Notes: a model not told the origin generated them from the letters alone. DNA of 64,000 nucleotides from Desulfobaccales bacterium (GCA_037481655.1 JBBFLF010000001.1:48365-112364), one strand, 5' to 3'. Shown: positions 1-10,170, numbered from the stretch's first letter. Translations and numbers: made by a program.

Positions 1-156
1 TTCAATGCCGTATATGGTGCCGTCCGGGGCAATATCCACATTGAGCTCATCGCTCACCCGGATAGTTTCCACTTCGCCGGTCTTTTCCTGCAACCGGAGA
101 TAAGCGATGTTGTAGCGGGGATCGCAGGTGATTTTCAAGGGCCGACTCTCTTTCAC
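1..156 (-). CDS. DUF2283-like small protein, N-terminal part (gene runs off the left edge)
   Basis: Absent from the ORF track (<60 aa in window). Hand translation from GTG at 156 gives VKESRPLKITCDPRYNIAYLRLQEKTGEVETIRVSDELNVDIAPDGTIYGIE. This fits the YD..aD.lYirl ... D.dG.i.GIE pattern I associate with DUF2283. The GTG overlaps a TGA (GTGA). Confidence 0.45.
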   Translation of the reverse strand, partial: MKESRPLKITCDPRYNIAYLRLQEKTGEVETIRVSDELNVDIAPDGTIYGIE

Positions 157-207
157 TCCCAGGCCCGGCTCACCCGGGCCGCCACCTCCGCGGCCTTAAG
201 GCTCTCC
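153..207. repeat. Relic copy of the chelatase gene 3' end (direct repeat of 646-700)
   Basis: Hand alignment at offset 493 gives 51 of 55 nt identical. The minus strand reads ...[17 protein letters not shown], against ...[17 protein letters not shown] at the real gene end. Confidence 0.85.
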
Positions 208-645
208 CGGCGGGGGCGACGGCCGGGACGCCGGCAGTCACTGCTTGTGCGGGCAGCTCGTTCAGCCCATGAATAAGGCCTGCCTGCGCACGGCGTCCTC
301 GCAGCCTCCCCCACCCCTTCCTTCAGCCGGTGGCCTGGTAAATCACCGGCCGGTAGCGGGGCGGCGGCACCGGCTTGCCAGCTTGGCGGGCGGCCTCCAG
401 CCAGGCCTGTTTGGCCTGCTTCACCTCCGCCGGGGCCTTCTCCGGGGTCTCGCCGCCGGCGGCACCGGCCTCCAGACCCGAAAGGTCGGCGATGCGCCGC
501 CGTCTTCGCCCCTGCAAAAAATGTTCATATGATCATCAGGCTTCCCAGTCCTCCGGCTTAACCATTACACCTTGCCACCGGCCGGAGAAATCGGCCGACC
601 TGAAGGCTTGCCCCCCGGCGACGTTTAGGAGATTTAGCAGCCCCC

Positions 646-2604
646 TCACTCCCAGGCCCGGCTCACCCGGGCCACCACCTCCGCGGCCCGGAGGCTCTCC
701 AGGGTGTGCTTGCGGCAGTTGAGGATGCGGCTTAAGGCCACCAGGCACCCCTCCTCGTGCCAGTAGCGCTCGGTGTCCAGGATCAGGGCCTGCACCCCCA
801 GCTCCCGGAGGCGGGCCGCCAGCTCCTTGGCTTCGGCCACCGGGTTGCCCCCCGCCAGACTGATGTTGGCCTTGCCGTCGCTGATGAGGATGAGGTGGAA
901 GGCGTCGTGGGGGTGGCGGGCCTTCTCCCGCTGGATGAGCTCGCAGGCCAGGGCCAGGGCGGCGGGAAGGGGGGTTTTGCCGCCGGTGGGGAGGCTCGCC
1001 AGGTGCTTCTGGGCCAGGTCGATGCTGTTGGTGAAGGGCAAGGCCAAGGTGGCCGTCTCCCCCCGGAAGGTGATGAGCCCCACCCGCTCCCGGCGCTGGT
1101 AGGCGTCGGTCAACAGCGACAGGATGGCGGCCTTGGTCTCGGCCATGCGCTCGTCCGCGCCCATGGAGCCGGAGGCGTCCACCACAAAGAGGAGATGGCG
1201 TCCCACCCGCCGTTCCTTGAGCTTGAAGCGCAGATCCGGCGCCGCCACCGCCACCGCCAGGTTGCCCTTGTCCCGGAAGACCTGGTAGGGGGCCGCGGCC
1301 CTAAGCGTCGCATCCAGGGCCAGGTCCGGGGGGCCCATAGGTGTGAGCCCCGCCCGCACATAGCGACCCCGGCCGTCCAGGCTCTGGGCCCGGGTGCGGC
1401 GCCCCGGGGCGCCCTTGGCCTCCCGGTCCGGCAGCACCTCCAGGGGCTTCACCGGGAAGGGCTCCCCCGGCGCGGTGAACACCTCGCCGATGGCCTGGCC
1501 GCCCGCAGGCTCGCCCGTGGGCTCATACTCCGGCCCCGGCCCCGGCGGCTCGGGGGCAGACTCCTGTTGGTCCTGGAATTTCCGGAAAGTCTCCGTGAGC
1601 TTCTCCCTATTGAGGCTCACCTCGCCCAGGGGTTTTTTCCGCAGGCGGTGCGGCAATACCAGCAGGGCCGCCTCCTTGACATCCTCCGGCGTCACCCTCT
1701 CCCGGCCGTGCCAGGCCGCCAGGGTCTGGGCGCACTTGAGCATAAAGATGTCGGCCCGGTGGCCGTCCACCCCCTGGTCCAGGCAGATGGCGGTGATCAG
1801 GCGCAGGATGTCCCGGGAGTAGCCCACCCGGGGCAGGCGCTCCCGGGCCGCCAGGATCTTCAGGCGCAGGCGCTCCTGCTCCTCCTCCCAGGCGGTGGCG
1901 AAGGCCTCGGGGTCGGCCTCAAAGGCCAAGCGGCGCTCCACCACGGTCATGCGGAGGGCGTAGTCCTTGAGGCCCGTCACCTCCACGCAGAGCCCGAAGC
2001 GGTCCAGGAGCTGGGGCCGGAGCTCCCCCTCCTCCGGGTTCATGGTGCCCACCAGGATGAAACGGGCCGGATGGGCAAAGGAAATGCCCTCCCGCTCCAC
2101 CACGTTCACCCCCATGGCGGCGGCATCCAACAGCACATCCACCAGGTGGTCGTCCAGCAGGTTCACTTCGTCCACGTAGAGGATGCCCCGATGCGCCGCG
2201 GCCAGAATCCCCGGCTCAAAATGGCGCTGGCCGGTCTTCACCGCCTTCTCCAAATCAATGGTGCCGAGCAGCCGGTCCTCGGTGGTGCCCAAGGGCAGAT
2301 CCACCACCGGCATGGGACGATGACGCACAGGCAGGGTCTCGCCGGCGGCCTTTCGCTTCCGGCAGTCATCACACATCTCCGCCGGGTCCTCGGGGTCACA
2401 ATGGAAAGGACAGCCCGCCACCACCGGCAACCGAGGCAACAGCGCCGCCAAGCCCCGGGCCGCAGTGGACTTGGCCGTGCCTTTCTCCCCGCGAATCAAC
2501 ACCCCGCCCAACCGGGGATTGACCGCATTGAGAATGAGGGCCAGCTTGAGCAACTCCTGGCCCACCAACGCCGCAAAAGGATAAACCGGTCGCTTGGGAG
2601 TCAT
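646..2604 (-). CDS. Chelatase-family AAA+ protein: ChlI/BchI-like ATPase fused to a ChlD-like von Willebrand A domain
   Basis: 652 aa. Walker [39 protein letters not shown] (ChlI/BchI signature). C-terminal VWA with MIDAS-like motif VVDASGSM. Confidence 0.8.
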   Translation of the reverse strand: MTPKRPVYPFAALVGQELLKLALILNAVNPRLGGVLIRGEKGTAKSTAARGLAALLPRLPVVAGCPFHCDPEDPAEMCDDCRKRKAAGETLPVRHRPMPVVDLPLGTTEDRLLGTIDLEKAVKTGQRHFEPGILAAAHRGILYVDEVNLLDDHLVDVLLDAAAMGVNVVEREGISFAHPARFILVGTMNPEEGELRPQLLDRFGLCVEVTGLKDYALRMTVVERRLAFEADPEAFATAWEEEQERLRLKILAARERLPRVGYSRDILRLITAICLDQGVDGHRADIFMLKCAQTLAAWHGRERVTPEDVKEAALLVLPHRLRKKPLGEVSLNREKLTETFRKFQDQQESAPEPPGPGPEYEPTGEPAGGQAIGEVFTAPGEPFPVKPLEVLPDREAKGAPGRRTRAQSLDGRGRYVRAGLTPMGPPDLALDATLRAAAPYQVFRDKGNLAVAVAAPDLRFKLKERRVGRHLLFVVDASGSMGADERMAETKAAILSLLTDAYQRRERVGLITFRGETATLALPFTNSIDLAQKHLASLPTGGKTPLPAALALACELIQREKARHPHDAFHLILISDGKANISLAGGNPVAEAKELAARLRELGVQALILDTERYWHEEGCLVALSRILNCRKHTLESLRAAEVVARVSRAWE

Positions 2605-2622
2605 GGTCTTGAGTCAGGAGAC

Positions 2623-2750
2623 TTGGGGGAGGGGGCTAAGGGGCGGTGGCCCCTTACCCCCTCCCCCAAGCCCCCTCCCCCAAACCCTTAAAGGGTTGGG
2701 TGGGGGGCTTGGGGGGAGGGCAGGGATCTGCGATCCCTGGCCCTCCCCCC
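2623..2750. repeat. GC-rich composite palindromic element (3 hairpin modules) filling the chelatase/purF gap
   Basis: TTGGGGGAGGGGGCTAAGGGG-cggtg-GCCCCTTACCCCCTCCCCCAA; CCAAACCCTTAAAGGGTTGG; GGGGGGAGGGCAGGGATC-tgc-GATCCCTGGCCCTCCCCCC. Confidence 0.9.
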
Positions 2751-2751
2751 A

Positions 2752-4233
2752 TTACCCGCCGCCCCCCGAAGGCGGCTCCTCCTTGCCCGGGGCGCAGATA
2801 TCGTCTTCGAAGCAGGTTTTGGAGAAGTCTTCCTCCAGGGGTTCGGCGTAGTCGCCGGTGAAGCAGGCCAGGCAGAAGTTGTGGGGCGGGAGTTCCGTGG
2901 CTTCCACCATGGCCTCCACGGACAGGTATCCCAGGTAATCCAGGCCCAGGTAGTCCCGGATCTGGTTGACGTTCTGGTGGGCGGCGATGAGCTCGCCCTT
3001 GGAGGAGAAATCGATGCCGTAGTAGCAGGGGAAGCGGTGCGGCGGGCAGGAGACCAGGAGGATGACTTCCTTGGCGCCGGCTTCCCGCAGGGATTTCACC
3101 CGGGAGCGGGTGGTGGTGCCCCGGATGATGGAGTCCTCCACCACCACGACCCGTTTGTCCTTGAGGATCTCCCGCACCGGATTGAGCTTGATGCGCACGG
3201 CAAAGTCCCGCATGGACTGGCTGGGCTGGATGAAGGTGCGGCCCACGTAGTGGTTGCGGATCACCCCCATCTCAAAGGGCATGTCCATGACGTCGGCGAA
3301 GCCCAGGGCGGCGTAGGTGCCGGAGTCGGGAAAAGGCATCACCAGGTCGCCTTCCACCGGGTGCTCCCGGGCCAGGCAGGCCCCCAGGCGTTTCCTGACC
3401 TTATAGACACTTTTGCCGAAGATGCGGCTGTCGGGCCGGGCAAAATAAATAAACTCGAAGATGCAGTACTTGTGGGGCTGGGGCGGGAAGGGGTGGTACG
3501 AGTGCAGCCCCTTGGCGTCCATCACCACAATCTCGCCGGGCTCCACCTCCCGGAAGTAGTCGGCCTGCACCAGGTCCAGGGCGCAGGTCTCCGAGGCCAC
3601 CACCCAGGAGCCGTTCAAGGCCCCGAGGCATAAGGGGCGAAAGCCCCGGGGGTCTCGGGCAGCCAGGACCTTGTCGGCGGTGGCCAAGACCAGGGAATAG
3701 GAGCCTTTCACCTCCGTTAGGGCCGCGGCCAGGGCCTCCACCAGGCCCTTGTTGTGGTGGCGGGCCATGAGGTGGACGATGACCTCGGTGTCCATGGAGG
3801 ACTGGAAGATGGAGCCGGCCTCCTCCAGGCGCCGCCGGATCTGGCGGGCGTTGGTGAGGGTGCCGTTGTGGGCGATGGCGATGGTCTGGCCGCCGTGCTG
3901 GACGATGAAGGGCTGGGCGTTGATGAGCAGGGTGGAGCCGGTGGTGGAATAACGCACATGGCCGATGGCCAGGTGTCCGGTGAGTTTTTCCAGAATGTCC
4001 TTTTGAAAGACTTCCGGCACCAGCCCCAGGCCGCGGTGGGAGCTCACCCGGCAGCCGTCCCCGGCCACGATGCCGCAGGACTCCTGGCCCCGGTGCTGCA
4101 GGGCGTAGAGGCCGAAGTAGGTGAGGCGGGCCGCCTCCGGGTGGCCGAAGATGCCGAAAACGCCGCATTTTTCCCGGGGCCGCGCCGCATGCGGGCCCGG
4201 GGGCAGGGTCTCGCAGAAATCCGGGGAAGTCAT
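2752..4233 (-). CDS. purF: Amidophosphoribosyltransferase
   Basis: 493 aa. N-terminal CGVFGIFGH nucleophile Cys, YALQHRGQESCGIV, PRTase motif VVVVEDSIIRGTT, C-terminal Cys ligands. Confidence 0.95.
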   Translation of the reverse strand: MTSPDFCETLPPGPHAARPREKCGVFGIFGHPEAARLTYFGLYALQHRGQESCGIVAGDGCRVSSHRGLGLVPEVFQKDILEKLTGHLAIGHVRYSTTGSTLLINAQPFIVQHGGQTIAIAHNGTLTNARQIRRRLEEAGSIFQSSMDTEVIVHLMARHHNKGLVEALAAALTEVKGSYSLVLATADKVLAARDPRGFRPLCLGALNGSWVVASETCALDLVQADYFREVEPGEIVVMDAKGLHSYHPFPPQPHKYCIFEFIYFARPDSRIFGKSVYKVRKRLGACLAREHPVEGDLVMPFPDSGTYAALGFADVMDMPFEMGVIRNHYVGRTFIQPSQSMRDFAVRIKLNPVREILKDKRVVVVEDSIIRGTTTRSRVKSLREAGAKEVILLVSCPPHRFPCYYGIDFSSKGELIAAHQNVNQIRDYLGLDYLGYLSVEAMVEATELPPHNFCLACFTGDYAEPLEEDFSKTCFEDDICAPGKEEPPSGGGG

Positions 4234-4570
4234 GGTGCTGGGGGGATCATGGCGTCCAGGGAGAGATCACGTCCTTAAGCCTGCTAAGCTTAAAAATAAC
4301 CCAATTGCGCTGAAAAGTCGAATGGAAAGCATCCCCCGAGGGCAGGGCTGGTTTGGGGCAGGCCGGGATAGAACTCCCTACGGGCAAATGCCCCTTTTCC
4401 GCCTGTTCAAAAAAACAACATTTTTCGGGTCCTCTTTGGAAATTATTTCTATACAGTCAAGTGAAATTGTGCTAAGAGGAGAGCAAGGTTTTCTGTGGGA
4501 AGGGGGTGATCTGGGAGCGTCGGTATCGGGATTTTCGCACTTTTACACCACGCCAGCGAAGGGAGGGGAC

Positions 4571-5758
4571 ATGCAAGACCGTCTGAAGTCCTTGCCCCAG
4601 AGCTTTGGGGTTCTGACTCGCCGGGACTTCCTCAAGTTCTGTGCCGTGGCCGCAGCCGGCATGGGGCTGCCCATGAGCGCCGGCATCCGCATGGCCGAAG
4701 CGGTGGCCGAAAGCATGAAGAAGCCGCCGGTCATCTGGATCTCCGGCCAGGAGTGCACCGGCTGCACCGAATCTCTCCTGCGAACCACCCACCCCACGGT
4801 GGAAAAACTCATCTTGGACCTCATCTCCCTGGATTACCACGAAACCCTGAGCACCCCCAGCGGCGAGCTGGCGGAGGCCGCCAAGAAGAAATCCCTGCAG
4901 GACAACCGGGGTAAATTCATCCTGGTGGTGGAAGGCTCCATCCCCACCAAGGATGGCGGCATCTACTGCCAGATCGGCGGCAAGCCGGTGCTGCAGATCC
5001 TGCAGGAGGTGGCGCCCCAGGCCATGGCCCATGTGGCCATCGGCTCCTGCGCCGCTTGGGGGGGCATCCCCTCCGCCGGCCCCAATCCCACGGGTGCGGT
5101 GGGGGCGGCGGAGGCCCTGGGGGGCAGATACGCCTTCATCAATATCCCCGGCTGTCCGCCCAACCCGTATAATTTTCTCTCCACCGTGCTTTATCTCCTC
5201 ACCTTCAAGAAGGCCCCGGAGCTGGACGAGCAGGGGCGGCCCAAGTTCGCCTATCGCCGCCTCATCCATGAAGGGTGCGAGCGGCGGGCCCACTTCGACG
5301 CCGGCCGCTTTGCCCTGGAGTTCGGGGACGAGGGCCACCGCCGGGGCTGGTGCCTCTACAAGCTGGGCTGCAAGGGGCCGGAGACCTTCAACAACTGCCC
5401 CTCCCAGCTCTTCGGGGATGTGGGCCCCCGCAGCTGGCCGGTGGGCACCGGCGCCCCCTGCTTCGGCTGTTCGGAAAAGCAGGTGGCCTTCACCAAGCCC
5501 ATCCCGGAGATGGCCAGCCTCAAGTATTTCACCCCCGGCGGCATCCCGCTGGAGGATGTGCGCAAGGGGGGCGGGGAACTCAGGGTGACGCCGCCGGTGG
5601 CCTTTGCGCCCATTGAGACGCCCCGGGGGCACGGGGTGAGCGCCGGGGCCGCGGCCTTGGCCGGCGCCGCCGTGGGCGTGGTGGTGGGGGCCGCCGCCGC
5701 CATGGCCGTCAAGCTGGGGCGGGAGAAGGCCTCCCAGGAAGGCGGCGGGGAGGACTGA
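4571..5758 (+). CDS. hybO: [NiFe] hydrogenase small subunit with Tat signal and C-terminal membrane anchor
   Basis: Internal ATG at 4571 preceded by GGGAGGGG. Tat motif TRRDFLK; WISGQECTGCTES and further Fe-S Cys motifs. Hydrophobic C-terminus AALAGAAVGVVVGAAAAMAV. Confidence 0.9.
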   Translation: MQDRLKSLPQSFGVLTRRDFLKFCAVAAAGMGLPMSAGIRMAEAVAESMKKPPVIWISGQECTGCTESLLRTTHPTVEKLILDLISLDYHETLSTPSGELAEAAKKKSLQDNRGKFILVVEGSIPTKDGGIYCQIGGKPVLQILQEVAPQAMAHVAIGSCAAWGGIPSAGPNPTGAVGAAEALGGRYAFINIPGCPPNPYNFLSTVLYLLTFKKAPELDEQGRPKFAYRRLIHEGCERRAHFDAGRFALEFGDEGHRRGWCLYKLGCKGPETFNNCPSQLFGDVGPRSWPVGTGAPCFGCSEKQVAFTKPIPEMASLKYFTPGGIPLEDVRKGGGELRVTPPVAFAPIETPRGHGVSAGAAALAGAAVGVVVGAAAAMAVKLGREKASQEGGGED

Positions 5759-5762
5759 CGCC

Positions 5763-6728
5763 ATGGCTGTGAGCCGCCGCCAGTTTCTGAAGTTGGCCGC
5801 CGGCGCGGGGCTGTGTGCCGGTGCCGGCCTCAGTCCCCAGGTGGCCCGGGCCCGGCCGCCGGTCCCCCGCCTGCCGGAGGCTGTGGGCATCCTCTATGAC
5901 GCCACCCTGTGCATCGGCTGCAAGGCCTGCATGTCCGCCTGCAAGGAATTCAACGGCCTGCCGCCGGAGCATACCGATCCCCGGGCCATCTGGGATGACC
6001 CCCTGGACCTGTCCGCCAAGACCGTCAACATCGTCAAACTCTACACCCACGGCACCGGCCTGGCCAAGGACCGGGAGCAGGACGGCTACTCCTACATCCG
6101 GCGCTTCTGCATGCACTGCGTGGACCCGGCCTGCACCTCCGCCTGTCCGGTGGGGGCGCTGCATAAGGATCCCCGTACCGGCGTCGTCAAGTACAACCCC
6201 GACGTCTGCATCGGCTGCCGTTACTGCCAGATCGCCTGTCCCTACAACATCCCCAAATTTCAGTGGGATTCGCCCTTCCCCCGCATCGTCAAGTGCCAGA
6301 TGTGCGATCACCTTCAGGCCCGGGGGAGTTACCCTGCCTGCTGCCGCTTCTGTCCCACCGGAGCCTCTCTCTTCGGAGAGGTGCGGGAGCTCCTGAAGGA
6401 GGCCCGGCGCCGCCTGGCCCTGAAGGAAGGGGAACCCACCTGGTTCCCGTTGCGGCGGGTGGACTCCGGTTCCCACACCTTCCGGTCCGCCCCGGCCTAC
6501 CTCCCCCATATCTATGGCGAAAAGGACGGCGGCGGCGCCCAGGTCCTCATGCTGGCCAACGTGCCCTTCACCAAGCTGGGCCTGCCGGTTCTGGGGGAGG
6601 ACTCCATCGCCAGCCACTCGGAGACCGTCTACCATGCCCTCTACAAGGGCATGCTTCTGCCCTACCTCGTCTTGAGCGGCTTGGTCTATCTGGTGTATCG
6701 CCACACCAGCAAGAAAGACCTGCCTTGA
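5763..6728 (+). CDS. hybA: Hydrogenase-associated 4Fe-4S ferredoxin-type subunit (HybA-like) with Tat signal
   Basis: Tat motif SRRQFLK. CIGCKACMSAC, CMHCVDPACTSAC and CIGCRYCQIAC cluster motifs. C-terminal TM helix. Confidence 0.85.
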   Translation: MAVSRRQFLKLAAGAGLCAGAGLSPQVARARPPVPRLPEAVGILYDATLCIGCKACMSACKEFNGLPPEHTDPRAIWDDPLDLSAKTVNIVKLYTHGTGLAKDREQDGYSYIRRFCMHCVDPACTSACPVGALHKDPRTGVVKYNPDVCIGCRYCQIACPYNIPKFQWDSPFPRIVKCQMCDHLQARGSYPACCRFCPTGASLFGEVRELLKEARRRLALKEGEPTWFPLRRVDSGSHTFRSAPAYLPHIYGEKDGGGAQVLMLANVPFTKLGLPVLGEDSIASHSETVYHALYKGMLLPYLVLSGLVYLVYRHTSKKDLP

Positions 6729-6740
6729 AGGAGGGAGCCG

Positions 6741-7883
6741 ATGGCGGCAGAATACGTCCCTCTGCGAACCAAGGTTGTCACCAAGCCCTTCCTGGTGCTG
6801 GCCGCCCTGGCCCTCACCGGCCTCTTCCTCATCGGCTATCGCTACCTGGCGGGCCTGGGCGCGGTGACCAACTTAAACGACGGCTACCCCTGGGGCCTCT
6901 GGATCGCCTATGACGTGCTGGTGGGCACCGCCCTGGGGTGCGGCGGCTACGCCATGGCCATCCTGGTCTATGTCTTCAACCGCTGGGAATATCACCCCCT
7001 GGTGCGCTCCGCGGTGCTCACCAGCGTTTTGGGCTACACCCTGGCGGCGGTGGCCATCTTCATTGACATCGGCCGTTACTGGAACGGCTACAAACTCTTT
7101 CTCCCCTGGCAGGTGAACCTGAGCTCGGTGCTGGTGGAGGTGGCCCTGTGCATCGGCGCCTACGTGGTGGTGCTGTGGATTGAATTTCTCCCCACCCTGC
7201 TGGAGAAGCACCGGGAGCATCCCCAGGCGGCGGTGTGGCTTAGGCGCCTGAACCACGCTCTCCCGGTCATCGCCGCAGTGGGCATCCTCCTGCCCACCAT
7301 GCACCAGTCCTCCCTGGGCACCCTCATGGTCATCGCCGGGGGCAAGCTCTCCCCCTTGTGGCAGACGTATCTTTTGCCCCTGTTCTTTCTCCTGTCGGCC
7401 CTGGCCATGGGCTTCGCCGTCACCGCGGTGGAATCCATCGCCTCCTCCTACTTTTTCGGGCGGCCCTATGAGACCCCCATGCTGGCCAAGCTGGCCCGGG
7501 TGACCGCCGGGGTGGTGGCGGCCTATCTGGTGCTCCGCCTGGCGGACCTCCTCTACCGCGGGGCGCCGGTGCTCTCCAGCGGCTTTCTGACTGGCATGTT
7601 CTTCCTGGAGAACCTGCTGTATCTCGTGCCCCTCATCTTCCTGGTGAGCCCCGCCGCGGCCCGAGACCTCCGGGTCATCTTCCTGGCCGGGGTGGCGCTC
7701 TTGCTGGCCGGGGCCCTCTATCGCTTCAACGTCTTCCTGGTGGGCTTCAGCCCCGGTCCGGGGTGGCGGTATTTCCCGGCGGTGCCGGAGATCTTCATCA
7801 CCCTGGGGCTCATTTCCCTGGAGCTCATGGCCTATCTCTACTTTGTCAAACGCTATCCGGTGCTGCCGGCCGAGCATGGCTGA
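6741..7883 (+). CDS. hybB: NrfD/HybB-type integral membrane subunit (quinone-interacting)
   Basis: 380 aa, polytopic and hydrophobic, sitting in the HybB position between hybA and the large subunit. Confidence 0.75.
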   Translation: MAAEYVPLRTKVVTKPFLVLAALALTGLFLIGYRYLAGLGAVTNLNDGYPWGLWIAYDVLVGTALGCGGYAMAILVYVFNRWEYHPLVRSAVLTSVLGYTLAAVAIFIDIGRYWNGYKLFLPWQVNLSSVLVEVALCIGAYVVVLWIEFLPTLLEKHREHPQAAVWLRRLNHALPVIAAVGILLPTMHQSSLGTLMVIAGGKLSPLWQTYLLPLFFLLSALAMGFAVTAVESIASSYFFGRPYETPMLAKLARVTAGVVAAYLVLRLADLLYRGAPVLSSGFLTGMFFLENLLYLVPLIFLVSPAAARDLRVIFLAGVALLLAGALYRFNVFLVGFSPGPGWRYFPAVPEIFITLGLISLELMAYLYFVKRYPVLPAEHG

Positions 7884-7903
7884 TTGTCGCGGGAGGAATC
7901 TTT

Positions 7904-9604
7904 ATGGCCAAGAGAATCACCATTGACCCCATTACCCGCATCGAAGGCCACCTGCGCATCGACTGTGAGATCGACAATGGCCGGGTCACCAACGCCTGGT
8001 CCTCCGGACAGATGTGGCGGGGCATCGAGGTCATCCTCCAAGGCCGGGACCCCCGGGATGCCCCCACCTATACCCAGCGCATCTGCGGCGTGTGTACCAC
8101 CGTGCACGCCCTGGCCTCGGTCAGGGCCATCGAAAACGCCCTGAAGCTGGAAGTGCCCTTAAACGCCCAGTACATCCGCAATCTCATCATCGCGGCCCAT
8201 GCGATTCACGATCACATCGTCCACTTTTACATCCTCTCCGCCCTGGACTGGGTGGACATCACCTCGGCCCTCAAGGCCGACCCCAAAAAGACGGCCCAAT
8301 TGGCGGAAAGCCTCTCCTCTTGGCACCGCAACCACGTCCAGGAGTTCAAGGCGGTCCAGGACAAGCTCAAGGCGGTGGTGGACTCCGGGCAGCTGGGCAT
8401 CTTCGCCAACGGCTACTGGGGCCATCCAGCCATGAAGCTGCCCCCCGAGGTCAATCTGCTGGCCGCCACCCACTACCTTCAGGCCCTGGAGTACCAGCGC
8501 AAGGCCAACATGATCGTCTCCATCCTGGGGAGCAAGACGCCGCACGTGGCCACCCTGGTGCCCGGAGGGGTCTCCTGCGCCGTTAACCTGGAGTCCCCTT
8601 CGGCGCTCAACACCGAGCGGCTGTTCTACATCAAGTCCATCATTGACGAGCTGGGGGATTTTGTCCGCCAGGTCTATCTGGTGGATGTCTGCGCCGTGGG
8701 CGCCCTGTACGCCGACTGGACCCAGTACGGCGCCGGGGTCACCAACTACCTGTCGGTGCCGGAGCTCCCCATGGACACCAAAGGCACGGTCTTTCGGCTC
8801 CCCGGCGGCTACATCAAAAACGGCGACCTCAAGACCTACACCCCCATCACCTCCTACCAGGACGATTTCTTCCGGGAGGGGGTGAAGGAATCCATCAAAC
8901 ATTCCTGGTATGAGGGGGAATGGACCAAGCACCCCTGGGATGAGACCACCCAGCCCCGGTACACCGGCTTCCAGGACCAGGGGAAGTACTCCTGGGTGAA
9001 GTCCCCCAGCTTCTATGACCAGCCGGCCCAGGTGGGGCCTTTGGCCAACGTGTTGTGCATGTATGCCGCCGGCCACGGGCCCACCAGGAAATACGTGGAG
9101 CAGGCCTTGGGCCTAGTGAGCAAGCTGGCGGGCACCCAGGTGGGGCCGGAGGCGCTCCATTCCACCATCGGCCGCCACGCCGCCCGGGCCATCCGCTGCG
9201 CCGTGCTCACCGAGGAGCTGAATGTCCAGTGGCAGGCCCTGATGGACAACATCGCCAAGGGTGATCTGGCGATATGCACCCCGTACCCCTTCCGGCCGGG
9301 GGAGAGCCGGGGCTTCGGTTTCCACGAGGCGCCCCGGGGGGTCCTGTCCCATTGGATCGTCATTGACAGCAACCGCATCAAAAACTACCAGGCGGTGGTG
9401 CCCTCCACCTGGAATGCCGGGCCCCGCAACCACCATGACGCCCTGGGGCCCTACGAGGCCTCCCTGGTGGGGAATCCGGTGGCCGACCCGGAGCGCCCCT
9501 TGGAGGTGCTGCGCACGGTGCACTCCTTTGACCCGTGCCTGGCCTGCGCCATCCACCTCCATGACCCCCGGGGCCGGGTGCTCACCCAGGTGCGGGCTTT
9601 ATAA
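7904..9604 (+). CDS. hybC: [NiFe] hydrogenase large subunit
   Basis: ATG 7904 after GGGAGGA. ITRIEGH, RICGVCTTVH, and C-terminal DPCLACAIH followed by a cleavable extension. Confidence 0.95.
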   Translation: MAKRITIDPITRIEGHLRIDCEIDNGRVTNAWSSGQMWRGIEVILQGRDPRDAPTYTQRICGVCTTVHALASVRAIENALKLEVPLNAQYIRNLIIAAHAIHDHIVHFYILSALDWVDITSALKADPKKTAQLAESLSSWHRNHVQEFKAVQDKLKAVVDSGQLGIFANGYWGHPAMKLPPEVNLLAATHYLQALEYQRKANMIVSILGSKTPHVATLVPGGVSCAVNLESPSALNTERLFYIKSIIDELGDFVRQVYLVDVCAVGALYADWTQYGAGVTNYLSVPELPMDTKGTVFRLPGGYIKNGDLKTYTPITSYQDDFFREGVKESIKHSWYEGEWTKHPWDETTQPRYTGFQDQGKYSWVKSPSFYDQPAQVGPLANVLCMYAAGHGPTRKYVEQALGLVSKLAGTQVGPEALHSTIGRHAARAIRCAVLTEELNVQWQALMDNIAKGDLAICTPYPFRPGESRGFGFHEAPRGVLSHWIVIDSNRIKNYQAVVPSTWNAGPRNHHDALGPYEASLVGNPVADPERPLEVLRTVHSFDPCLACAIHLHDPRGRVLTQVRAL

Positions 9605-9607
9605 CCC

Positions 9608-10162
9608 GTGAGCTCTGAACCACAGGGGGCCGGCATCTGCGGCCCCCTTTCTCGTGCAGGGAATGATGTGGGCCAGGTGACGCTTCTGGGTCTGGGGAAT
9701 ATCCTGCTTAGCGATGAGGGGGTGGGGGTGTGGGCGGTCCGGGAAGTGGCCAGGCGCTTTCGCTTGCCCGCGGCGGTGGAAGTGGTGGATGGCGGCACCG
9801 CCGGGCTGGACCTCCTCCCCTATGTGGAGGACCGGGAGCATCTCCTGGTGGTGGACGCGGTGCAGTTTCAGCGGGAGCCAGGCTTTGTGGGCTGGCTGGA
9901 AGGGGAGGAAGTGCTGGCCGGCGGAGGGGCCCAGGCCTCCCTCCACCATTTAGGGCTCAGGGAAGTGCTGGGAGCAGCCCGGCTCCTGGACCGGGCCCCC
10001 CGGGAGGTCCTGCTTTTGGGCGTCCAGCCCCATTCCCTCGCCACCGGGGTGGGGCTTTCCCCTTGCCTCCAGGCTCGCCTGCCGGCGGTGGTGGCGGAAA
10101 TCATTTCTCGTCTTACGGCCTGGGGCTACCCGCCCCTGGGGCCGGCGGAGCCCGGAGGATGA
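9608..10162 (+). CDS. hybD: Hydrogenase maturation endopeptidase (HybD/HyaD family)
   Basis: LGLGNILLSDEGVGV ... VVDGGTAGLDLL ... LLVVDAV. Start uncertain (GTG at 9608, 9668 or 9677). Confidence 0.8.
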   Translation: MSSEPQGAGICGPLSRAGNDVGQVTLLGLGNILLSDEGVGVWAVREVARRFRLPAAVEVVDGGTAGLDLLPYVEDREHLLVVDAVQFQREPGFVGWLEGEEVLAGGGAQASLHHLGLREVLGAARLLDRAPREVLLLGVQPHSLATGVGLSPCLQARLPAVVAEIISRLTAWGYPPLGPAEPGG

Positions 10163-10170
10163 CGGGAAGC

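Noticed and set aside
323-517. A 64-codon minus-strand ORF (TTG start) and the 38-codon GTG frame at 535-648, considered as possible toxin/antitoxin-like small genes next to DUF2283.
   Set aside because: The first has no Shine-Dalgarno sequence and lies directly after two in-frame stops (TGATGA). Neither has a motif I recognise. GC3 richness alone is not evidence in this genome.
757-2691. Long ORFs antisense to, or out of frame with, real genes. Examples are 757-2691, 5709-6704, 13181-15361, 20421-21533, 21346-22671, 29072-31093, 33228-34283, 36238-38772 and 60583-61935.
   Set aside because: Their translations are Gly/Pro/Arg/Ala/His-rich low-complexity strings with no motifs. Each overlaps a gene with clear family signatures on the other strand or frame. 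This is the expected artefact of stop-codon scarcity in high-GC DNA.
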